DNA of 63,053 nucleotides, the filler included, from Octopus bimaculoides (lineage: Eukaryota): NCBI RefSeq assembly GCF_001194135.2. It is 5 parts of 5 records of this genome, joined end to end, with 100 filler letters (N's around TTAATTAATTAA, not from the genome) between each part and the next. Parts side by side here need not be neighbours in the genome. Positions count along the whole stretch, not along the records: positions 24,779 to 44,728 come from NC_068996.1; positions 44,829 to 56,678 come from NC_068988.1; 3 more parts are not named here. One strand, written 5' to 3'. Shown here piece after piece: positions 41,419 to 52,523 of the stretch. The translations under genes were made by a program, and so were the position numbers. How positions within the stretch are numbered: position 1 is the first letter of the stretch; the number at the start of each line of letters is the position of its first letter. Below the pieces are notes generated by a model. That model had not been told where the DNA came from. It ran no database searches and saw nothing but the letters and a program-made list of their open reading frames with translations.

Positions 41419-42399
41419 NNNNNNNNNNNNNNNNNNNNNNNNNNNNNNNNNNNNNNNNNNNNNNNNNNNNNNNNNNNNNNNNNNNNNNNNNNNNNNNNNN
41501 NNNNNNNNNNNNNNNNNNNNNNNNNNNNNNNNNNNNNNNNNNNNNNNNNNNNNNNNNNNNNNNNNNNNNNNNNNNNNNNNNNNNNNNNNNNNNNNNNNNN
41601 NNNNNNNNNNNNNNNNNNNNNNNNNNNNNNNNNNNNNNNNNNNNNNNNNNNNNNNNNNNNNNNNNNNNNNNNNNNNNNNNNNNNNNNNNNNNNNNNNNNN
41701 NNNNNNNNNNNNNNNNNNNNCTTAAGTGAATGAAGGAAATATTGATAATATATTAGCAGGAATACCTTATAAATGAGACTTAGTTGTTTAGCTCCAGGTT
41801 ATCCATGATTGATCAAACTTATGATTAAACAAATCTGACGAACATGTAAAAAATTTCCATCTATCCAGTTTCATTAGCAAATGTTGGGGCGATCTAAAGC
41901 GAAGGTAAAAGACACATGCTCTCATGTCACAGTGGAATCGAACCTTGAAAGTCATGATCTAGAAGTTAACTTGTTAAACATTCGGTCATACCTGCCTTCC
42001 CTTTATCAACAATTATGTAATGTCTCCTTTCCTTTTCTTTTGCTTTACAGGAGAGTAGCTGCTATTTCTAGCAGCTAGAATGACTACGTACCTTTCTAAG
42101 TTCACTTGCAAGTGTTGTTGCTGTTGTTGTTGGTGGTGGTGGTAGTGATGCTGGTAGTGGTAGAGGTGGTGGTGGTGGTGGTATCCTTGCTGTTAGTGTT
42201 TAATGTTAAGTGCGTATGGATGTGTGTCTGTATGTGAATGTATATGTGACTATAGATGTAGGTACATGTGTTACAAGTTGTTTTTCTTATCCGCCTTTAT
42301 CATTTGTTTTGCTTTGTGACGAATATGTTAGTTGAGGGAATGTTTCTGACAGGACTGCTGCAATAGTCTTTGATAAAATATTTACAAAGCTGTGAAAAA

Positions 42400-42600
42400 A
42401 AAAAAAAACAACAATATTTTCACCCATGTAAATACTCTTGTTGGGTCTTGCTACATTGGGCAGCTATATTGTGTCTTTGAATGTCTCCAGGAATATTTTA
42501 TCTAGCTTTTTGTTACTGTTTTCTGAACTTATTTGACAGGTAGGTCTGGGTAAGATCCTGTAGGCAGCCATTGTATCAGGAATTTAAATAAAACTACTAT
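42400..42600 (-). mobile_element. Possible CR1/L2-type LINE 3' remnant
   Basis: Minus KKLDKIFLETFKDTI*LPNVARPNKSI resembles CR1/L2 C-termini. Confidence 0.3.
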
Positions 42601-42824
42601 GGAAAAAAAAAAAAACAGTGCTGCAAGCCTACGATGATCTTTTCCTGTTATTCAAAACCGGTGTGTATTAAATTGTCATACGGTCAACGATTGATACACA
42701 ACTTTTTAAGGGTTACACCTTTTGTTTTGTCTGTCTTAGAAATATTCATTTTCTCACAGAGCCACGAAAGTCAGAACTTTGGGTGGGAACAGGCGATTAA
42801 ACTAATCTGGTTGTCACTTTATCT

Positions 42825-43357
42825 CAGGGGTAGGGAAACTTCTTAGTGCGGCGGGCAAAAATTTCCAAAGGAAAAGGTCGTGGGCGGATCACAAGTTCTA
42901 ACTCTTATATCTGTATAGATCTTTTATGCATCTTTGTATAATTCGATATACATTAATAAAGATAAGTTTGACACATTAAATTAACGCGTAATATTTTCAT
43001 TAACGCTGCCAGTGAATTTAAGACATTTTATATTACTTATGAGGTATTCTATATTTTTCAGCTAGAGTGTAGTTGGGTCTCAAGCGGATGGTACAAACTT
43101 AGCAATATGTGTTTTATAGTGAAAACAAAATTTCCATTCAAATGGCAATTACCGGACGATTTTCAGTTCGAGTCTAACCGTCTTAAGTCGTAGTGGAAAC
43201 GCGACTTACGTCGCAGATAGGCATACGAATATTGTAGAAAATTTTTTGATTGAAAAATTTACTATATTTTGTACATACGAGTATACCAGCCTGCGGGCAA
43301 AATAAAATGGGCTTGCGGGCGCAATTGCACCCGCGTTTGGGGGTTTCCCCACTCCTG
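42825..43357. mobile_element. hAT-type MITE
   Basis: 15-bp TIR caggggtagggaaac / gtttccccactcctg (2 mismatches); 8-bp TSD ctttatct / cattatct; subterminal gcgggc motifs. Confidence 0.8.
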
Positions 43358-43539
43358 CATTATCTTATCAAATTTGAAGGATGAAAGAGCAGACTGAATC
43401 TGGGCCGGATTTAAACCGAGAGCATAAACAGAAGTAACTAAATACCACCAGTAATTTGGTCGACGCGTTTACGATCCCACTTTTAGAAAATTATCCCAAA
43501 TTTCTCTCCAGATATCCCGATGTCGTTTGATCTTGATAA

Positions 43540-43715
43540 GCGCGCTGTCCAAGAAATTAAAAGCAAAATCAAGTACAGCATTGATAAGACAGTAGAAACA
43601 CCTGTGTAGGTTGTGTGAAACTTCATCTGAAACAGTCAGACATGTTAGTGAATATTCAAAACCGGCACAAAAGGAGTACAGAATCTCCCATGACAAAGTT
43701 GCATTCCTACCTTCT
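43540..43715 (+). mobile_element. RLE-LINE zinc knuckle fragment
   Basis: LCRLCETSSETVRHVSEYSKPAQKEYRISHDKVA matches CRLC..ETV.H..SGC..LAQ.EY..RHD.VA. Confidence 0.7.
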
Positions 43716-44467
43716 ATCCTCCTTCCCCACATCCTCTTTGGGAATAGCCGTTTTCTATTCAAAAATATGTTCCATATTAATCTAAGAACAACTTCTCTGA
43801 TCTTATAAGTATCGAAAGACCGCCCCCTCACTTCCGGCTTCTGAAATGCTCTAAGAACAATTGCGGATCATTTCTGATTGAACTACTGTTTGAATTTTTT
43901 TTAATATTGTTCAAATTTATTTCAGATTTGGTGTATTGATGTAGTTTTGTATGCTAATTATGGAAATGAAATTCCTTTAGGCCATGAGTAACTTTTGAAG
44001 TTTTCAAATTTTGGATTAGTTTTAGCCAATCGAAAGTCACGGACATATCGGTACCTGCTTCCATAGCAACAAACCAAGGTATAATCTGCTTTAGCAAGTC
44101 GAAAGCCACAGACATATTAGTGCCTGCTTCCATGATAACAAGCTAGGGTATATGTCTTTTACCAGTCTGTAGCTGCCATGTCACTACTTCATTTTCATAA
44201 TTTTCAACTATGCTTTTTTGATAAACGAACGGATATTTTCGGTTGTGTTTTCCTGGACGATTTCTTCCTAAATAGAAGTAGGACCACAGCCAGCTCCTGA
44301 AACCCACATGATTTTATTAAAACTTCTGTCGTCGTCGTCGTCATCGTCATTGACTTCGTTGTCGTAATGTCTTGAGTAATGTTGTCATAGGCAGGTGTCA
44401 CGCAGAAAATGCTAACTTCCACACCCTGCTTTCTGATTGGGTGAAAAAAATCAAACTTGAAACCTAC

Positions 44468-44728
44468 TCTTTTACTTGTTTCAGTTATTTGACTGTGGCC
44501 ATGCTGGGGCACCGCCTTTAGTCGAGCAAATCGACACCAGGACTTATTCTTTGTAAGCCTAGTACTTATTCTATCGGTCTCTTTTTACCGAACCGCTAAG
44601 TTACGGGGACGTAAACACACCAGCATCGGTTGTCAAGCGAAGTTGGGAGGACAAATACAGACACACAAACATATACACACACATACACACACACACACAT
44701 ACACACACACACATACACACACACACTT
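44468..44728 (-). mobile_element. SINE family A, 3' half
   Basis: High similarity to other copies. Confidence 0.88.
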
Positions 44729-44969
44729 NNNNNNNNNNNNNNNNNNNNNNNNNNNNNNNNNNNNNNNNNNNNTTAATTAATTAANNNNNNNNNNNNNNNN
44801 NNNNNNNNNNNNNNNNNNNNNNNNNNNNATACATATATATACATATATATATGTATATATATACATGTATATATATATATATATATACATACATACATAT
44901 ATACACATAAATACATACATATATATGTATTATACATACACATACATACATATATATACATACATATGC

Positions 44970-45023
<54 letters not shown>

Positions 45024-45284
45024 CATACATTATATATATACTTACATATACACATGCATACATGAATAATTAAAAAAAGAAGAGACATACAAATACATAC
45101 ATATATTATACATACACACACATATATACATGCATATACATACATACATATACATACATACATACATATATATATGCAACATAAACACATGCACATGCAT
45201 ACACAGTATAAATACACGCATACCTGAATATATACACACACTTACACACGCGCACACACGTACACACGACACAGACACACAACA

Positions 45285-45332
<48 letters not shown>

Positions 45333-46299
45333 GGGACACAGAACCAAGAACAGACACATTTTCTTTTGTGTTAACCGCGCAAAGAAATATTCGTTGAGTG
45401 CCAGAGAAGGTGTAAAACTTGTGATTCTCCGTGAAAAAGATAACATCATTTTGCTGTTTTCTAATTTCTCAATGTGTTGCCTACAACAAGAAAATATAAC
45501 CTAAAGCTTAGAAAGGAACACAACATCAACTTAACTAGAGACAGAACAAGCACAAGAAGAAAAAAAAAGGCAAATAAGTGTAGACAAATAACCGTAGTGA
45601 CAAGTTGACAGCCATTTCCTATCAAATGAAGATGACCAGAATTTATAATATTATGTACGTAGAAGCTGTTGATACTTTCCGGCAAAGCCAGATTTCCATA
45701 ACATTTTCGTTTAGATTAAGTTATTGTTACGGAGTGATGGCGTATGGTAATGGAATGTAATGCGTAGAGTGTAATATGTTTAACCTCCACACCCCCACCA
45801 CGCCAGATCTCCTGCTGCTACTGCTTCCACAGCCGCTGCTGCTGCCGTCATACCATCACGCACACACGCGCTCTTTTCTCAAGGTCATCGGTCCCTGGAA
45901 ATTCACTATGCTGCTGTTATAATTTATAAATATAAATAAATAAATAAATANNNNNNNNNNNNNNNNNNNNNNNNNNNNNNNNNNNNNNNNNNNNNNNNNN
46001 NNNNNNNNNNNNNNNNNNNNNNNNNNNNNNNNNNNNNNNNNNNNNNNNNNNNNNNNNNNNNNNNNNNNNNNNNNNNNNNNNNNNNNNNNNNNNNNNNNNN
46101 NNNNNNNNNNNNNNNNNNNNNNNNNNNNNNNNNNNNNNNNNNNNNNNNNNNNNNNNNNNNNNNNNNNNNNNNNNNNNNNNNNNNNNNNNNNNNNNNNNNN
46201 NNNNTATATATATATACATAATACAAAGAATATATATGCATGTATACACACATATATGTACATACTTACATCTACATGTGTATATAGATGCATATCAGG

Positions 46300-46990
46300 G
46301 TACAGGACGTTAGAACAATGAACTACAGACAACGGAACGAACACATAGGAAAATAGATAGCCACTTGGAATAATTCCTTCGTCAGCTGCCTCTATTCTAA
46401 CTAGACGTTTCGAAACGTTTATGTATTTGTTTTGTAAGTCTCCTGAGGTGGAATCGTGTGTTGAAACAGATATTGTTACGTCTAAGGATGGCCATTTTTT
46501 TCTCCAGTTCACCAAACGCCGAAAAATATGACCATTCCTAAATATGATTAGTTGCAGTACAATTTGCTCCATAAAGGAAACAATGATAAGGTGGAGCAGG
46601 GATTCCGCCTGTTCTTGCTGGTGGTGTGTCATCCTTGGAAGCATCTGGTCCCCAGGCCATCCAACACTGGAGAAGTTAAAGTCACCCAAACGGAATATAC
46701 CGATGTGTTGTTCCAGTCTGGTGAGAACTTCTATCTTTGCTAGGCAGTCTTCAAACTTACCTATGTAATTTGGAGTATTCGGTGGGCGATATGTAGGACA
46801 TATAACAATATTAAGTTGTCTTATGTGTACAATTTGAGTGTCACACACTGAATTTGAATATGACAACAGGACCTGGGGCGTGAGGTCCTCTCGGATGTAC
46901 ACAGCATGGCTTTTTTCTTTTCTATCTGAGCGTAGGACAACATATTGTGGTATGTGTATTTCTGCGTCTCTTGTTGGCACTCCGTCACTT
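46300..46990 (-). mobile_element. CR1/L2/Jockey-group LINE apurinic endonuclease fragment
   Basis: YVVLRSDR...AVYIREDL...TYRPPN...LGDFNF motifs in ORF 45856-47022. Confidence 0.8.
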
Positions 46991-47355
46991 ACGACGTCGA
47001 GGGTTCCAGTTGATCCGATCAACGGAACAGCCTGCTCGTGAAATTAACGTGCAAGTGGCTGAGCACTCCACAGACACGTGTACACTTAACGTAGTTCTCG
47101 GGGAGATTCAGCGTGACAGTGTGACAAGGCTGACCCTTTGAATTACAGGCACAACAGAAACAGGAAGAAAGAGTGAGAGAGAAAGTTGTGGTGAAAGAGT
47201 ACAGCAGAGTTTGCCACCATCCCCTGCCGGAGCCACGTGGAGCTTTAGGTGTTTTCGCTCAATAAACACTCACAACGCCCAGTCTGGGAATCGAAACCGC
47301 GGTCCTATGACCACGAGTCCGCTGCCCTAACCACTGGGCCATTGCGCCTCCACTC
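46985..47355 (-). mobile_element. tRNA-derived SINE family C, full length
   Basis: Minus head gtggaggcgcaatggcccagtggttagggcagcggactc...ggtttcgattccc (A and B boxes); its body recurs at 48945-49090. Confidence 0.85.
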
Positions 47356-48487
47356 TGCATCTCTTATATCAGGTCTAAGATGCGTTTCCACAATTGAGCT
47401 TGATTGCATGCAGCAAGGTCTATCAGAAACGACATTTTTGTTTTACATTTGACGTGCAACAGCCTTCCAATATTTTTCATACACGTGTATACTAAGATGA
47501 AGGGGCTTAACAGATTTGTCCGTGTGGATGTATGTGTAAATGCTAGGACATGCTCCGGATATGTATTGATATATGCGTGAGTGTCCGTGAGCGCTGCTCG
47601 CATGGATATGCTAATCTCGACCCTGACTTGATGTCCTTATTATCAAAATACCTTGATTCGAACGGATCCTATAAACAATTTAATTATATACGTGTGCGTA
47701 TATATATATATATATATATATATNNNNNNNNNNNNNNNNNNNNNNNNNNNNNNNNNNNNNNNNNNNNNNNNNNNNNNNNNNNNNNNNNNNNNNNNNNNNN
47801 NNNNNNNNNNNNNNNNNNNNNNNNNNNNNNNNNNNNNNNNNNNNNNNNNNNNNNNNNNNNNNNNNNNNNNNNNNNNNNNNNNNNNNNNNNNNNNNNNNNN
47901 NNNNNNNNNNNNNNNNNNNNNNNNNNNNNNNNNNNNNNNNNNNNNNNNNNNNNNNNNNNNNNNNNNNNNNNNNNNNNNNNNNNNNNNNNNNNNNNNNNNN
48001 NNNNNNNNNNNNNNNNNNNNNNNNNNNNNNNNNNNNNNNNNNNNNNNNNNNNNNNNNNNNNNNNNNNNNNNNNNNNNNNNNNNNNNNNNNNNNNNNNNNN
48101 NNNNNNNNNNNNNNNNNNNNNNNNNNNNNNNNNNNNNNNNNNNNNNNNNNNNNNNNNNNNNNNNNNNNNNNNNNNNNNNNNNNNNNNNNNNNNNNNNNNN
48201 NNNNNNNNNNNNNNNNNNNNNNNNNNNNNNNNNNNNNNNNNNNNNNNNNNNNNNNNNNNNNNNNNNNNNNNNNNNNNNNNNNNNNNNNNNNNNNNNNNNN
48301 NNNNNNNNNNNNNNNNNNNNNNNNNNNNNNNNNNNNNNNNNNNNNNNNNNNNNNNNNNNNNNNNNNNNNNNNNNNNNNNNNNNNNNNNNNNNNNNNNNNN
48401 NNNNNNNNNNNNNNNNNNNNNNNNNNNNNNNNNNNNNNNNNNNNNNNNNNNNNNNNNNNNNNNNNNNNNNNNNNNNNNNNNNNNNNN

Positions 48488-48533
<46 letters not shown>

Positions 48534-48944
48534 AATATGTATATATGTATATGTATATGTATTATCTACATATATACATAAGTGTGTGCGCGCGCGAAGT
48601 GCTCAGTAAGCACGTTGTTGCTAGAGAATGTTTCAAATATTACACTGCATTAGAGATTATCTCGGTATTAAGAAACTGAGAGGCGCCTATCTCTTGCACA
48701 AAGTTCTTAGCGATTACAAGCGCGTGCGATAAGAGCTAGCGATAGCTCTTGTATGAAATGTTAAGTTGAATCGACCAGATTTAGAAGTGTGTGTAGTGGG
48801 CAGAAAACAGTGTGAGATCCAAGCAATGTTACACTTAAACTAAATCCGGAGTCGTAAGAGTCCTTCAAGAAATACACAAGCAGTTTCTTGTATCTCAAGA
48901 TCCAAAATTTTTCTTAAAAATAGAGAAAAACTGTTACTTCGACG

Positions 48945-49140
48945 GTCACGACGACAAAGGTCCCAGTTGATCCGATCAACGGAACAGGCTACTCGGGAAG
49001 TCGATGTGTAAATGGCTGAGCACTCCGAAGAGATTCAGTGTGACACAGAATGTGTCAAAGCTGGCTCTACTCATTTTTGCCAGCTGAGTAGACTCGAGTA
49101 AGGTAAAGTAAAGCGTCTTGTTCAAGAACGCAATGTTTCG
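48945..49140 (-). mobile_element. SINE family C fragment
   Basis: ccagttgatccgatcaacggaacag...ggctgagcactcc shared with 47005-47070. Confidence 0.7.
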
Positions 49141-49213
49141 CCGATGCCAATGTCATGTGATAACTGCTCTAAAAATACCAAGAGAAGAAATGTTATGGGT
49201 AAAAACCTACCAT

Positions 49214-49374
49214 AGGCGCAGGAGTGGTTGTGTGGTAAGCAGCTTGCTTACCAACCACATGGTTCCTGGTTCAGTTCCACTGTGTGGCACCTTAGGCAAG
49301 TGTGGTTTACTATAATCTCGGGTCGACCAAACCCTTGTGAGTGGATTTGGTAGGCGGAAACTGAAATATATATA

Positions 49375-49435
<61 letters not shown>

Positions 49436-49450
49436 ATATATACATATACA
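49214..49450 (+). mobile_element. SINE family A, 5' half
   Basis: ggcgcaggagtggttgtgtggtaagcagc head. Confidence 0.88.
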
Positions 49451-49510
49451 TACATAAGACACTCTAGGCACGTTGCTTGTGGGCACTAGAATGAATGCAA
49501 ATTCAGTAAA

Positions 49511-49605
49511 ACTTATACGCATGAGTTTCGCTATTGATGGCTAAATCAATCAATTAATCAATTGGTCAATTGATCAATTAGCCATCTGTAGCTCGTCAGT
49601 AGAAA
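49511..49605 (-). ncRNA. Type I hammerhead (family E), intact core, damaged stems I and III
   Basis: CUGACGA-gcua...uagc-GAAAC-ucaugc-GUA. Confidence 0.6.
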
Positions 49606-49932
49606 GAATACATGATTATGAAACTGAAATACGCACCGAGAACACAAAGCAAACACGCGCGCACTCAGTTCCATCTTTATACATCATGGATTCAACACTC
49701 GTGTTCCAACGTGTTAAATCAGAATAGTACAGCAGTGAATAAATTCAATCGTGTACTAACTGACCTAAGAATTGAAAAATTTAACTATATAAATATAAGG
49801 GTAAAAATGATTAAATAATTTATTACCAGTAGTCTGCATGTATAATAAAAGCCATGAGACGTAAAATATTTATTTATAAGAATGCATAAATACACGTATT
49901 TCAGTTTCATAATTATGCGTTGTTTCCTAGCG

Positions 49933-50018
49933 ACCTTATTGACGAGCTAATTGATCAATTGATCAATTGATCTATTGATCTATTTAGTCATTAATAGCGA
50001 AACTCATGAGTATAAGGT
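49933..50018 (+). ncRNA. Type I hammerhead (family E), U3 variant with intact stems
   Basis: accuua-UUGACGA-gcua...uagc-GAAAC-UCAUGA-GUA-uaaggu. 6-bp stem I, 4-bp stem II, palindromic 4-bp stem III; cleavage predicted after 50012. Confidence 0.78.
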
Positions 50019-50154
50019 TTACTGAATTTTTATTGATTCTAGTGCCCAACGTGTCTTAAGAATATTTTTTCATGGTTCGAGTTGTGACTGCCCTTTCCAG
50101 CATGTAAGAAGTCCTATCGATATCTTCTCTTCGTTTGTGTGTGTGCGTATATAT

Positions 50155-50202
<48 letters not shown>

Positions 50203-50365
50203 GTGTGTGTGTGTGTGCGCGCGCGTATATGCATGTATGTATATAATTGAGATTCATTTGAATTAGGTACTTAAATTGAGGCATCAAGGCAGTTCGGTAA
50301 AGTCCGCGCAGCTCGAAGTTAGGTGAATAATAAACAAATAAGTAACAAAGATGTCCGGGTATCAG

Positions 50366-50452
50366 TGCATTACTGCCGTTTCAAGCGACTCTATTTAATC
50401 GGTCAATGAAAACATTACATCAATTTGAAATAAACCGCTCTCCTCGGAAGCA
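50366..50452 (-). ncRNA. Type I hammerhead (family B), CCGAGGA variant with stem mismatches
   Basis: ugcuu-CCGAGGA-gagcg...cgcuu-GAAAC-GGCA-GUA-augca. Confidence 0.55.
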
Positions 50453-50555
50453 GCCAAGCATACAGATTTTCAACATATTTATTTTGGTTGTGAGTACTAC
50501 TATAAGTTGTGCTATAAATGGTTTATTCCTTATGTTGGAAATCTATATGGATGGC

Positions 50556-50642
50556 TGCGTCCGAGGAGAGCGGTTTATTTCAAATTGATGTAATGTTTTC
50601 ATTGATCGATTAAACGGAGCCGCTTGAAACGGCCGTAACGCA
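50556..50642 (+). ncRNA. Type I hammerhead (family B), CCGAGGA variant with intact stems
   Basis: ugcgu-CCGAGGA-gagcg...cgcuu-GAAAC-GGCC-GUA-acgca; cleavage predicted after 50637. Confidence 0.72.
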
Positions 50643-51193
50643 CTGATACCTGGACATCTTTGTTACATCTTTGTTACATCTTTGTTATGTATATATACAT
50701 ATGTGTGTAAATTTATGAATGTATACATATATATATATACACATACATTCGTACATATGTATATATATGTATATATGGAAACGGTGAGCCACATAATGCT
50801 TATAAGTTTTATTTTAGCAACTGAACATTAGCTGTACTGTACCCTATGGACAAATAAGCCAAAGTAAGGAACATACATACAAATTACATTAGTAACTAAA
50901 TATTAGACATACTGCACCCTAAAACAAATAAGCACATTTCAAAAATTTTATATAAATAAATAGTAAATCTCTAAAATCACCAATGTTTGTTTTATTGTTT
51001 TCCACCCACTCTTCTCTCTCTCTCACTCTCTCTTTCACATACTCTTGTCAGCTCATTTCCAGTGAAGTAGTTTTAATTTTTACAAATTATATTTAAGTAT
51101 ACATGTACATAAACATATATATCGTATATAAAGCCAAGAATTGAACGAGAACTATGCATTTACGACCGGAATCTGGAGCAGCGAATAACTTAC

Positions 51194-51228
51194 AATTTAA
51201 TTGCGGAAACGTTCTTTCTTTCTTTTCT
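51194..51228 (-). CDS. Candidate 35-nt internal exon of an unidentified gene
   Basis: Acceptor ttttaatttctccttcag, donor gtaagt; open in phase 2 (EKKERTFPQLN) and phase 0. No homology recognised. Confidence 0.3.
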
Positions 51229-51400
51229 CTGAAGGAGAAATTAAAAGCGCGAAACGTGAATGATATATATTACAGGAACGATTTCTATGGCAGTCAAGAG
51301 TTTTATTTATTTAAAGTGGAAACAAAATATAATCATTTAAAAGAGTTCTTACATATGTACATACATACGTATACATGTGCGTATATATATAAGTGTATAC

Positions 51401-51453
<53 letters not shown>

Positions 51454-51885
51454 NNNNNNNNNNNNNNNNNNNNNNNNNNNNNNNNNNNNNNNNNNNNNNN
51501 NNNNNNNNNNNNNNNNNNNNNNNNNNNNNNNNNNNNNNNNNNNNNNNNNNNNNNNNNNNNNNNNNNNNNNNNNNNNNNNNNNNNNNNNNNNNNNNNNNNN
51601 NNNNNNNNNNNNNNNNNNNNNNNNNNNNNNNNNNNNNNNNNNNNNNNNNNNNNNNNNNNNNNNNNNNNNNNNNNNNNNNNNNNNNNNNNNNNNNNNNNNN
51701 NNNNNNNNNNNNNNNNNNNNNNNNNNNNNNNNNNNNNNNNNNNNNNNNNNNNNNNNNNNNNNNNNNNNNNNNNNNNNNNNNNNNNNNNNNNNNNNNNNNN
51801 NNNNNNNNNNNNNNNNNNNNNNNNNNNNNNNNNNNNNNNNNNNNNNNNNNNNNNNNNNNNNNNNNNNNNNNNNNNNNNNNNNNNN

Positions 51886-51943
<58 letters not shown>

Positions 51944-52154
51944 ATATATTATAGTACAATCAGCCATTAATCGGAAGGAAGTATGGCTTGGGAACATGTT
52001 TCATGCTTTCGCTAACTGCTTTAGGTGTGTATGGCGTCTTGAACACACATAATTAATCTCTCGGTTCGTTGTATTTTAAAGTGAATTGCTTATGTACATC
52101 GTTGCATTTTCAGAGGTGTGTTAAACAATATTTATTAGTTAAAGTTTGTCATTA

Positions 52155-52523
52155 TTAACTCTGGCCAGAGGACATTTTATGTCATAAATCGCAATTTTTG
52201 AACTTCAGAAATATTGACTGCTTTCAAAAGGTTTTTTTTTTTGCATTCCTCATCCATATTATTCATTGATATTTCATACACATTCGCATTTGACATAGTT
52301 TTTTAAAAAAATACTAAAATATTTATTATTGCAATTGAATACCAAAGGATAAATATGCTTTTTTCAGCGATCCCTCGTTTGGGACTTTTCGAAAAATTTA
52401 TCAAAATTTGCAAAATAATTCGCATATGAAGAAAATTTAAATACTCTTTATTATTTTAACTCCTAAGACACCTAGCAAAGCCCAAAAATATGAATTTAAA
52501 AAATTTGGCAGTTAATGGGTTAA
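52155..52523. mobile_element. Possible piggyBac-type non-autonomous remnant
   Basis: Right end ggcagttaatgggTTAA and a TTAA at the left; TIR match weak. Confidence 0.25.

Larger units (their letters stand above)
49455..50058. mobile_element. Fold-back element with ~130-bp inverted arms, each carrying a hammerhead (family E)
   Basis: 49455-49605 vs 49933-50058 are reverse complements. Confidence 0.78.
50250..50690. mobile_element. Family B HHR element with ~120-bp inverted arms
   Basis: 50341-50460 vs 50545-50665 are reverse complements; the right end has acatctttgtt three times. Confidence 0.78.

Noticed and set aside
46370-46425. GAAACGTT and CTGACGA motifs (similar at 53610-53650)
   Set aside because: The motifs cannot be assembled into one core with paired stems.
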